Virus record (IMG/VR): IMGVR_UViG_3300025713_000650
Span: 32,001-96,000 of that record
From: a virus
Lineage: Duplodnaviria > Caudoviricetes
Length of the DNA: 64,000 nt
Strand: one strand, 5' to 3'
The notes beneath the pieces were generated by a model. That model was not told the DNA's origin, searched no databases, and was given only the letters and a program-made list of their open reading frames with translations. Position 1 is the stretch's first letter; the number at the start of each line of letters is the position of its first letter. Made by a program: the position numbers and the translations under genes. Positions 17,881 to 25,898 of this stretch are shown in pieces.

Positions 17881-17995
17881 GAGTGAGAATAGCCATAAGA
17901 TATCCCGATGATATCTCATTTCGCTTCCCCTCACTCACGGGGCGAACATCTCTACGTTTATGAAAGAGGAGGAAATACTAAACGTAGATAGGGCT
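17881..17995 (-). ncRNA. pseudoknotted RNA motif, copy A
   Basis: Hairpin; UUCGC-CCC[GUGAGUGAG]GGG-AA-GCGAA; hairpin; AUUCUCACUC tail pairing with the loop. Confidence 0.7.
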
Positions 17996-18033
17996 GGGGC
18001 TTCTTTAAAAGAGATATTTATCTTATATATTTA

Positions 18034-18054
18034 TTCAAATATTAATATATATAG
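18034..18054 (-). promoter_or_regulatory. phage promoter motif copy 4
   Basis: CTATATATATTAATATTTGAA, directly upstream of RNA motif A. Confidence 0.6.
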
Positions 18055-18056
18055 AC

Positions 18057-18986
18057 TCAATTCTTTATAAATGACTGTAAATTATTATAAAAATTTGAAA
18101 TAATATTCCAATTTTTTAATTCAGGAACTTTATTATAATTAATTATATAATAATTAATTTTCTCAATTAGCTCCTTACTTGTATTATAAATATATTCTTT
18201 TGGTAATAATTCAGGATAAGAACATCGGTTAGGAGCTAAAACAATAGTATTATTTAAAATAGCTTCAAGTATACTATAATTAAATGTATCTTCTTTACCT
18301 GTTATCAATAATATTTTACCTTGTGATAGAAATTTATAATATTCTAACCACGAATTATTATTATTATTTCTTTTTATTTTTCCAAATATTTTTTCAACTT
18401 TTTTTTCAACTGATCTTGTTATTTTTTGTTTACAAGGTCTAGCTACAGATATAATATCAAATATTTTTTTTTCATTGAATGATGGATAAGGTGGAATAGG
18501 TAAACCAATAACCTCAATATTTTTCCATCCTAATTTGTTTGCATGATATTCAGATCCAACAAATATTTTATCAAATAATTTTGATTGTCCTGTTTCAACA
18601 AGCCATTTAGATTCTCTATCCATTTCAAAATAATCTAATTTATTTTTTGATGTTCCATGAACATATGCAAACATTTTTCTTGTTTTCTTATGATGTAATA
18701 TATTTGAAAATAATCCAGGGAATGATAAATCATTTAAATATAAATAATCTATGTCTTTTGTATCTAAATCCATAAATTGTTTTATTTGAGAAAGTTCAAA
18801 ATCTATAGCTGAATTTATTGGAGAAAACATCTCATCTGTTTTGTCACTTAAAATATCTTGTTTTAATTCACCTAATGTAATTACATTTTTAAATTTTCTT
18901 TCAAAAAAATTTTTGATACTAGAATAATGCCATTGTTGGTATCTCATTTTTGTTGGAAATTGCGGTACATAAATTATTTTAGACAT
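18057..18986 (-). CDS. glycosyltransferase (GT-B, family 4-like)
   Basis: EDTFNYSILEA..N..VLAPNRCSYPEL donor-binding motif; true start MSKIIY with GGAG RBS (the track start at 19061 lies inside RNA motif B). Confidence 0.85.
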   Translation of the reverse strand: MSKIIYVPQFPTKMRYQQWHYSSIKNFFERKFKNVITLGELKQDILSDKTDEMFSPINSAIDFELSQIKQFMDLDTKDIDYLYLNDLSFPGLFSNILHHKKTRKMFAYVHGTSKNKLDYFEMDRESKWLVETGQSKLFDKIFVGSEYHANKLGWKNIEVIGLPIPPYPSFNEKKIFDIISVARPCKQKITRSVEKKVEKIFGKIKRNNNNNSWLEYYKFLSQGKILLITGKEDTFNYSILEAILNNTIVLAPNRCSYPELLPKEYIYNTSKELIEKINYYIINYNKVPELKNWNIISNFYNNLQSFIKN

Positions 18987-19018
18987 TTTTTCTCCATTTA
19001 AAAAATTGTAAAGCAAAA

Positions 19019-19119
19019 AAGTGAGAATGTCTGTTTTACATAATTTACGTAAAACATCCACTTACCCTCACTTACGGTGTGGAATATTCTTAATTATAAG
19101 AAATTTACAATTAAGAATA
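19019..19119 (-). ncRNA. pseudoknotted RNA motif, copy B (5' leader of the glycosyltransferase)
   Basis: Hairpin; UCCAC-ACC[GUAAGUGAG]GGU-AA-GUGGA; hairpin; AUUCUCACUU tail; G-U wobbles favour the minus strand. Confidence 0.7.
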
Positions 19120-19174
19120 CGATCCTAAAGTTGTAACAACGCATGAGTACATCAATATTTTTAAATATGTCTAT

Positions 19175-19639
19175 TTAAATTAACCATTTACATCTACCTT
19201 CAAATAAGATAAATGTTTTATCATATTCCCATAGTTTATTCTGTAAAGGATATATTTGATTCAAAAGAAATTCTTTATTATCTGGATTTTTAACCTTATG
19301 AATATATGGGGCTTTCATATTAATTGAATAAAATATTACATTATATCCACTTCTTAAAAATGATTCTCCTATTGCACCAATTTGTCTATGATCTGGATGA
19401 GTTTCATAAACAGGATCAGGAAAATAATAAGTATATTTTTTTTCAAAAGTTGAGAATGAATAATCAAATAATTGATCTTTAATATTAGGCAATAAACTTT
19501 TTAAATTTTTCGCTTCATCTATCCTATTCATATTTTCAGGATGAGTATAATATATTATAAATTCTTCATCTGGGTTACAAATTAATTCAAAACATCCAAT
19601 TATTTCATCATCACAATGGGGAGCATAAATAATATTCAT
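19175..19639 (-). CDS. PIG-L/LmbE family N-acetyl-sugar deacetylase
   Basis: APHCDDE..G and HPDH metal-binding motifs. Confidence 0.85.
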   Translation of the reverse strand: MNIIYAPHCDDEIIGCFELICNPDEEFIIYYTHPENMNRIDEAKNLKSLLPNIKDQLFDYSFSTFEKKYTYYFPDPVYETHPDHRQIGAIGESFLRSGYNVIFYSINMKAPYIHKVKNPDNKEFLLNQIYPLQNKLWEYDKTFILFEGRCKWLI

Positions 19640-19662
19640 TATTCCTCCTCTCTTATTTTTTT

Positions 19663-20076
19663 CTAAAGTAATTTTAAATAACCTGTTAATCTATCAATTT
19701 TTTCCGAGTAGTCCGGACCCAACGCAATACATGTATTTGTCGGAATACCATAGAATTCTGTTAATCCCGAATCTGTAATTAAACTACATATTATATTATT
19801 TTGTTTTGCTAATTCGTAAATCTCTAATAATTCTTTTTCACTATTAACGTAAACACAAATTTTTGTAAAAATTCCATTTAACCATTTTTCTAAAGGTGTA
19901 TTCTCTTCAGCTGATATTATCCATTGATATTCATAAGAATCTGAATTTTTTTCTTGTTTTTTAATACAATTTTCAAGTAACGATTTTAAACATGCATGAC
20001 AACCTTGAGCTATCATTTTTCCTTTACGCATGTTAAGATCTTTACGAATGACAATAACCTGTTTAATATTATTCAT
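19663..20076 (-). CDS. pth2: peptidyl-tRNA hydrolase, Pth2 type
   Basis: KQVIVIRKDLNMRKGKMIAQGCHA, W...FTKI, ITDSGLTEF, T.TCIALGP, ID.LTG.LKLL. Confidence 0.95.
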   Translation of the reverse strand: MNNIKQVIVIRKDLNMRKGKMIAQGCHACLKSLLENCIKKQEKNSDSYEYQWIISAEENTPLEKWLNGIFTKICVYVNSEKELLEIYELAKQNNIICSLITDSGLTEFYGIPTNTCIALGPDYSEKIDRLTGYLKLL

Positions 20077-20128
20077 GTGTATTACCTGTAAATTTCTTTT
20101 AACTAAATTACCGAGAAGTCCTCCACTT

Positions 20129-21442
20129 CTAAGCGTAAGCGAAAGTGGAGGATGAATCGGTTATCCAATTGTTGTTTCTACACGCCAATCGAATTTTTTC
20201 TGTGCTAATTTGCTTATATTTAGATGTTGTTTGTAAATAATTACCTTGTATATCTTGCACATATACCCAATTACCAGTGAATCCCGATATAAAACCAATC
20301 TTATTTATTTCTGGTATATACACTTTATCCCACAAGCACCACTTCTTTTCTTTTACAATTATTTCTTTTGTATTTTTGCTATTTCTTTTTGCTTTCCTAT
20401 TAGGTTCTTTTCTACCTTTACGCGGTATTTCTTCATGTAAACTACGTTTCTTTTTACGTACCTGCTTTATATAATATATATTATCGCTATACTTCATTGG
20501 TTTTATATTTGCAATTACTACTGCATCGTTTATATGCGACTTTTCTATATTCCACTCTTTACGTTTTCTGCGTGTGTATAGTCCAAAAGTATATTGCGTT
20601 GGTGTTATTTCTTGTAGTTTAGGTACAAGATAATCTTTTAGTACATTCATAAATGCCGTTTCCTGAAATTGCTTTATCTTAGGTAGATTTTTACCTGTAA
20701 ATTCTTTGTATTCCATGTTGTCTTTTGCTTTATTATGCGCTTCACAACTACATACTAAATTGCTTGGATTATTGCTACCACCCTTGCTTCTTGGTATAAT
20801 ATGGTCTACTTCAAGAATATCATTGCAAGGTATGTCTGGTCTTAATTTTGCATAATGACAAGTAAAATTATCTCTTATTTTTACATATTCTTTTACGCTA
20901 TCATATCCATACATTTCTCCCTGTTGATATTCTATACCATTAATATCTGGATTAACTAATGCCTGTGTATCAAATTGCCCTATTTCTACTCTTATTCTGC
21001 TTATTGGTAGAATTTTTACAATATCATTTACAAGTCTTATATGAGCATTAATCCTTGATTGTATACTTGGCGGTAACCATCCTTTTTTTCTTTTTCTATT
21101 TAAGAACCTTGCTTTTCTATACCTTGTTTTTCTATTACGTCTTGCATGTCGAAGTCGTCTCCTTGTATGAATATTCTCTTTTATGTCTTGTCTTAATTCT
21201 GCTTCGGCACGATAAAGCACATTACCTTGTTCCGTTGTAACTGCCACACCTATATGTTTGCTTCCTGCGTCAATACCTAATACACATTCTTGTATTTGAT
21301 TTTCACACTCAAATAATAATTGAATTGTAAATGGTTCATATTTTACTATTTTAGCCTTCTTGTTTTTCAGCAATTTTCTTGCCTTAGCAGGCTTGCAAGG
21401 CATTAAAGGCTTACCTTCTATTGAAACTACATATACTAACAT
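20129..21442 (-). CDS. iscB: RNA-guided endonuclease IscB
   Basis: PLMP domain, RuvC-I GIDAG, RRxRR bridge helix, RuvC-II E, HNH (DHIIP..GG.N..NL...C..HN), RuvC-III SHINDA. Confidence 0.95.
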   Translation of the reverse strand: MLVYVVSIEGKPLMPCKPAKARKLLKNKKAKIVKYEPFTIQLLFECENQIQECVLGIDAGSKHIGVAVTTEQGNVLYRAEAELRQDIKENIHTRRRLRHARRNRKTRYRKARFLNRKRKKGWLPPSIQSRINAHIRLVNDIVKILPISRIRVEIGQFDTQALVNPDINGIEYQQGEMYGYDSVKEYVKIRDNFTCHYAKLRPDIPCNDILEVDHIIPRSKGGSNNPSNLVCSCEAHNKAKDNMEYKEFTGKNLPKIKQFQETAFMNVLKDYLVPKLQEITPTQYTFGLYTRRKRKEWNIEKSHINDAVVIANIKPMKYSDNIYYIKQVRKKKRSLHEEIPRKGRKEPNRKAKRNSKNTKEIIVKEKKWCLWDKVYIPEINKIGFISGFTGNWVYVQDIQGNYLQTTSKYKQISTEKIRLACRNNNWITDSSSTFAYA

Positions 21443-21687
21443 TTTGGCTTTACGCCCTCCTTTTTGGAGTTATTTGCCCATCCCCAATGTTGGAATAACT
21501 TTGCAGTATAACTGCCAATTGTGGTTGACCGTTCCTACCCATCAGAACTTTTACAGAGCCACCTTAGAGCCTGAAACTTGGGCATCATTTCAGGGTAAGA
21601 TAATTATTCCAACGTAGTCAGTTAAGACTTAGGGTAGTCAACTAAGGCTTTTACAAGCCTCCGTTTCTATAAACGGGGGTAGTTGAC
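21443..21687 (-). ncRNA. omegaRNA (HEARO) scaffold of IscB; guide derives from 21688 onward
   Basis: GTCAACTACCCCC...GGCTTGTAAAAGCC..GTTGACTA.CCTAAG...CTACGTT...GCTCT...AACATTGG directly 5' of iscB. Confidence 0.9.
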
Positions 21688-21757
21688 ATATTCAGGTTTA
21701 ACCATTTCTTTAACTGTTTGTTCAACTTGACCTTTATAATATAAATATACCTCCTTC

Positions 21758-22450
21758 TTAATATTCGATATCTTCAAATATTACAGGAATTTTTTCTTTT
21801 AATTCATCTAAAAAAGGTCTCATTATTTCTCTCATTTGAGGGTGAGCAGCAAAATCAGTTCTTAATTTTAAAATATGTCTCCATTCTCTAAGATTTGCAG
21901 AAACAACAATTTCTGTTTTTGTAGCGGTTGGTAATATATCTCTTGCTTTTTCAGCTGACCATCCACCTTTTATTAAATCAAGATAAGTAATTTCAATATT
22001 TAATAATTCTTTTAAATATTTAATCGTACATTCATCAACTTCAACATTTTTATTATTATAACATACATTATTTCGTATATCATAATAATATTCTCCATCT
22101 TCTAATTCGGGAAGCCATTCAGGAATAATAAATGTTAATTGATTTCCAAATTTATCTTTAGAATAATTTACGTAACGAGTACTTTCCTGTGAGTAACTTG
22201 CTAAACGATGTCTTACAATTTCATGACTAACACCACGATCAATAATAAAATTGACTGTAAATGAAAAATGTTCAATTACTGATTCATGTTTTCTAACATG
22301 AATTATTTTTCTTAAAAATTCTTTAGTTTGTTCAAAATTATTACTTAAATTAGATTTATAACAAGTTCTTGCACACATTTCAATTTTTTCTAAAATATAT
22401 ATAGGATCTAAATTATCAATAATTTTATAACTTGGTTTTATTAATTTCAC
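21758..22450 (-). CDS. thyX: FAD-dependent thymidylase synthase ThyX
   Basis: HESVIEH, RGVSHEIVRHRLASYSQESTRY, AR.ILP, NLREWRH..LR. Confidence 0.97.
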   Translation of the reverse strand: MKLIKPSYKIIDNLDPIYILEKIEMCARTCYKSNLSNNFEQTKEFLRKIIHVRKHESVIEHFSFTVNFIIDRGVSHEIVRHRLASYSQESTRYVNYSKDKFGNQLTFIIPEWLPELEDGEYYYDIRNNVCYNNKNVEVDECTIKYLKELLNIEITYLDLIKGGWSAEKARDILPTATKTEIVVSANLREWRHILKLRTDFAAHPQMREIMRPFLDELKEKIPVIFEDIEY

Positions 22451-22481
22451 GCTTACTCCTATTTAAACATTATTTTCTAAA

Positions 22482-22973
22482 TTAAATATGAGGTAACATA
22501 CCAATTATACCTGACCATTCTATACGACATGAAGTATGGTTCATAAAATCACCAAAAAAGTTTTCAATTGCACATTTATCTATATATAATAGAATTGCGA
22601 TTCCTTCTACACAATTCTTTTTCTTATCATTATAATATATTTGAATAGTTTCTGATAAAATACCTGTTATATTTCTCATCTGTTGAATATTATTGGATTC
22701 AATCATATAAGAACATGCATCAATTACACCATTAACTATGTGATCTAAATCAGATAAATCTTCATCACATATTAAACCTAAATATAAAGGCCATCCCTTT
22801 ATAATATTATATTTTCTTACTATCATTGGTGAATAATGTTTAGAAATTAAATTTGTATTAACATTATTATCATTTATTCCCATTCGATTATTATCTAATT
22901 TTCTATCTTCAATAAGTCCCTTAGCTATATTATAAGACTTTATAAATTCTTTATTATTTTCCATTATTTTCAT
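22482..22973 (-). CDS. hypothetical protein
   Basis: 163-aa ORF with RBS. Confidence 0.65.
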   Translation of the reverse strand: MKIMENNKEFIKSYNIAKGLIEDRKLDNNRMGINDNNVNTNLISKHYSPMIVRKYNIIKGWPLYLGLICDEDLSDLDHIVNGVIDACSYMIESNNIQQMRNITGILSETIQIYYNDKKKNCVEGIAILLYIDKCAIENFFGDFMNHTSCRIEWSGIIGMLPHI

Positions 22974-22993
22974 TTTCCTTTCTTTTTTAATAT

Positions 22994-23563
22994 TTATTCT
23001 TCATATCCAGAGAACATTCTATCCTCTGTAATATTATATTCTTTTTTTAATAAATCCAAAATTGTTTCTTTTGTCAACCCCAATAATGGAGCTTCAATTT
23101 TAATTTGAGATGTACAAACTAAAGAAAACAATTCATTTATTTTAACAACATACTCTTGATAACAATCTGGAAATAAATTAATTCTATCTGAATAATCAGC
23201 ACCAAACCAAATCAATGGAATTTTATTTGTTTCAGCATATGCAGATGCAATCGTTAGAAAAAAAGTATTTCTCATTGGAACATAAAATTCATTTACTTTT
23301 TCATATAAATTATTTTCAAAATGTCCGGTTAATGCACTATTTGTTAATGCTGAATAAGTTTGAAAATTTGTATAAAGAATATGTGCATTTTCTTCATTTG
23401 CATATTTTTTAGCAAATTCTAATTCTTTAATATGTTTTTGACCGTAATCAATAAATAAAAGAATTGATTTATAACCTAAACTTTTACTTAATTGATGTAA
23501 AAGAATACTATCAGCACCACCACTAAATAATATTATAATATTATATTTTGATTCTTCTTCCAT
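22994..23563 (-). CDS. queC: QueC-like PP-loop ATPase (7-cyano-7-deazaguanine synthase family), lacking the C-terminal zinc site
   Basis: SGGADS, DYGQKH..EL, SALT, YVPMRN, FPDC, APL..LTK. Confidence 0.85.
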   Translation of the reverse strand: MEEESKYNIIILFSGGADSILLHQLSKSLGYKSILLFIDYGQKHIKELEFAKKYANEENAHILYTNFQTYSALTNSALTGHFENNLYEKVNEFYVPMRNTFFLTIASAYAETNKIPLIWFGADYSDRINLFPDCYQEYVVKINELFSLVCTSQIKIEAPLLGLTKETILDLLKKEYNITEDRMFSGYEE

Positions 23564-23604
23564 ACTATTCTCCTTCGTTTCTTTTTTTAAAAAAAATAAA
23601 GTTT

Positions 23605-23640
23605 AAAAATGGAGGAGGTATTATTTCTAATACCTCCTCC
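23605..23640 (-). terminator. terminator closing the ubiquitin-like operon
   Basis: 13-bp stem GGAGGAGGTATTA/TAATACCTCCTCC followed by U-tract. Confidence 0.75.
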
Positions 23641-23679
23641 TAAAAATGAAAGGGGAATTATTGGAAATTTAAATTAATT

Positions 23680-24132
23680 TTATCCTTTGCTACCAGAAGG
23701 CATTATGAACTCAAGATTGTCATACTGTCCGAGAATATAATCCTCAGAAACCTCACGACCATTCACAATTGCCTTTGAAGAAGGAGCAATGTTGAGAACT
23801 TCTGTAAAGAATGCTGCAACTTCACATACCTTCTTACCCACAACGGGATAGTTACCAGAACTAGCACCACTCGAAACTGTAATCATTGCTTCATTGTAAC
23901 CAGCATCATTCTTAGAATGGAAGGTTGTATTCAGATTGGTGATCTTTGAATCATTCGCGGGTTTTACCTCTTCTTTGAGATTTGATTGTGCTTGATCCTT
24001 CTGTGCTTTGATAATTGCAGAAATCATGTTATCCTTAACTTCCTTGACCTTGAATGAGATTCCAAAAGATTGTGCAATTACTCTGAGTTCAGCCTTCGTC
24101 ATTTCTTCCAATTCACGAACTGTGTAATTCAT
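23680..24132 (-). CDS. ubiquitin-like (beta-grasp) protein with N-terminal Rho_N/HeH domain, C-terminus SGSKG
   Basis: LEEMTKAELRVIAQSFGI...K..MISAII; C-terminal AIVNG.EV..DYIL...D.LEF..PSGSKG; AGGAGG before ATG 24132. Confidence 0.8.
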   Translation of the reverse strand: MNYTVRELEEMTKAELRVIAQSFGISFKVKEVKDNMISAIIKAQKDQAQSNLKEEVKPANDSKITNLNTTFHSKNDAGYNEAMITVSSGASSGNYPVVGKKVCEVAAFFTEVLNIAPSSKAIVNGREVSEDYILGQYDNLEFIMPSGSKG

Positions 24133-24154
24133 ACTTCCTCCTTGCTTCATTTTT

Positions 24155-24862
24155 TTAGTTTTCTTTAGGATGACGTACTTTTGAATCTGCTTTCATTTTT
24201 AAAATATCAAAATATATCTCACTAATTTCTATTGTATCGTTTTTATCATGATAATAAAATGGCCACATCATTAAATTTGCAACCGTTGAATTTGTAAATA
24301 ATAACTGTGGTTCATGTACAGATAATTCTTCACAAGACATTTCATGAGGACTTTTATCTTCTGGATTTTCGATTTCTGGATGATAATCTGTAAGAGAAGG
24401 TGTAATATCTATTCCATTTTTTCTGAAATAAATTTGAACGTTTCCGTCAATATATTCATTACCACCAGAAATTAATAATATATTATCTAATGTCTTACAA
24501 TAATCAGACACTATTTTACGAGTTTTATGATTATCTACACACATAAAAATCACATTAATATTTTTAAGAACAGAATTAATATTTGATTTATTAATATATG
24601 CTTGGCAAAAGTTAAAATCTATAATATTAAATTTTCTAGATAATTCTTTAAATTTTTCTTCTGCTTTACCACCAAATGATTGAAATTCTTGACGATCTAG
24701 ATTGTGAGATTCATATTCATCACCATCTATTAATAAAATAGAACTTTTACATGTCTTTGTAAAATTTAAAAATCTACATAAAATATTAATTAAATTTGTT
24801 CCTATACCACCTAAACCAATTACTGCAATTTTATAGTTTTTCAATAATATCCCCCTTTCCAT
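24155..24862 (-). CDS. E1-like ThiF-family activating enzyme
   Basis: IAVIGLGGIG, LIDGD..E..NLDRQ.F, KA, CVDN..TR, SGGN, SC catalytic-Cys region. Confidence 0.92.
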   Translation of the reverse strand: MERGILLKNYKIAVIGLGGIGTNLINILCRFLNFTKTCKSSILLIDGDEYESHNLDRQEFQSFGGKAEEKFKELSRKFNIIDFNFCQAYINKSNINSVLKNINVIFMCVDNHKTRKIVSDYCKTLDNILLISGGNEYIDGNVQIYFRKNGIDITPSLTDYHPEIENPEDKSPHEMSCEELSVHEPQLLFTNSTVANLMMWPFYYHDKNDTIEISEIYFDILKMKADSKVRHPKEN

Positions 24863-25898
24863 ATTTTTTTTGAATATAGTTTCTCAACGCCAATGATTTA
24901 AAATACGAACATTTTGTAATACAAATACCTTTATATTTACAATCTTTGCATATATGATCTTCTAAATAAGTTTTTTCAGAATCTTCAATTGAATTATAAA
25001 CTTGCATAAATGATTTACCGTTTAATTCTTCACTTTCAATTTTTGAAAGATATTTTTCACGAATTGAATTAATCATTAAATTATTTTTATTTTTTGATTC
25101 TATAATATTTTCATTCTTTGTTATCACTTTTTTATTTTCTGAATAATTTTCTGAAATATCACCCATATATCCATATCCATAAAATGGAAAAACATCATCA
25201 TAAAACCCATAACCATAGAATTGTTCACAATCTTTACTATTTATCATTTCATTGTAATTTATCATATCTAACCAATAAATAGGAAACTTTTTTGGAGCAA
25301 TAAAGAATTTTTTATTTGCTTTTGCTTTTATATTAATATATTCTGATGGGTTCTTTTTAATTCTATGACCATTACAAACAACAGAACAAACAACTTCATG
25401 ATAATAGTCATCATTTAACTTACCTACTGTTATATGAAGTCCATCCATTGTTTTTTCATCACTAATATCTACACCTGAATGAAATGCTCCAAAATCAGAA
25501 TGACTATGAATTGTTCCAACTAATAATTTATCTGTAAATGAGATATTTCTTTCATATTTTATACTTGCTCTTGTAACTTCTTGTTCAGGTACATGAATAT
25601 AATATTCTCTTGTTTGACGATCCAAATATAACATAACAACTGATTCTGTTTTATATTTTTCAAATACTGTTTTAAGAAATGATACAATTTTTGAAAATAA
25701 TGAATAACTTATTTTTGGTAAATCCAAATTGATATACGGTTTCTTATTTTCTAAAAATGAAATTTTATCAACTGGAACTAATGCATCAATTAAACCTACT
25801 TTTTTTCTTAATAATATTCCTTTTTTTGTTATGATATAATAAATATCATCATTGGGTAAAGGTTGTTTTTTATCATATAGAGCTATGACTTTAAACAT
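24831..25898 (-). CDS. JAB/MPN+ metalloprotease (deubiquitinase-like) with C-terminal Cys cluster
   Basis: E...Q.V...S, GTIHSH..F.AFHS..D..DE. Confidence 0.9.
   Translation of the reverse strand: MFKVIALYDKKQPLPNDDIYYIITKKGILLRKKVGLIDALVPVDKISFLENKKPYINLDLPKISYSLFSKIVSFLKTVFEKYKTESVVMLYLDRQTREYYIHVPEQEVTRASIKYERNISFTDKLLVGTIHSHSDFGAFHSGVDISDEKTMDGLHITVGKLNDDYYHEVVCSVVCNGHRIKKNPSEYINIKAKANKKFFIAPKKFPIYWLDMINYNEMINSKDCEQFYGYGFYDDVFPFYGYGYMGDISENYSENKKVITKNENIIESKNKNNLMINSIREKYLSKIESEELNGKSFMQVYNSIEDSEKTYLEDHICKDCKYKGICITKCSYFKSLALRNYIQKKYGKGDIIEKL

Larger units (their letters stand above)
20103..21687. mobile_element. IS200/IS605-family IscB element (no tnpA)
   Basis: TTTAA target then left-end hairpin TCCTCCACTT...AAGTGGAGGA; right-end hairpin ending TTGAC; higher GC than flanks. 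Confidence 0.85.

Noticed and set aside
18987-19061. N-terminal 25 aa of the glycosyltransferase in the ORF track
   Set aside because: Overlaps RNA motif B; an RBS supports ATG 18986 instead.
17881-19119. Known ribozyme identity (HDV-like, pistol, hammerhead) for the twin motif
   Set aside because: Stem connectivity and catalytic core sequences do not fit on either strand by eye.
20077-21757. IscB element interrupting the 5' end of pth2
   Set aside because: An in-frame join needs a non-canonical boundary. With TTTAA/TTGAC ends the empty site reads ...PEYLKEIYR* and pth2 keeps its own start.
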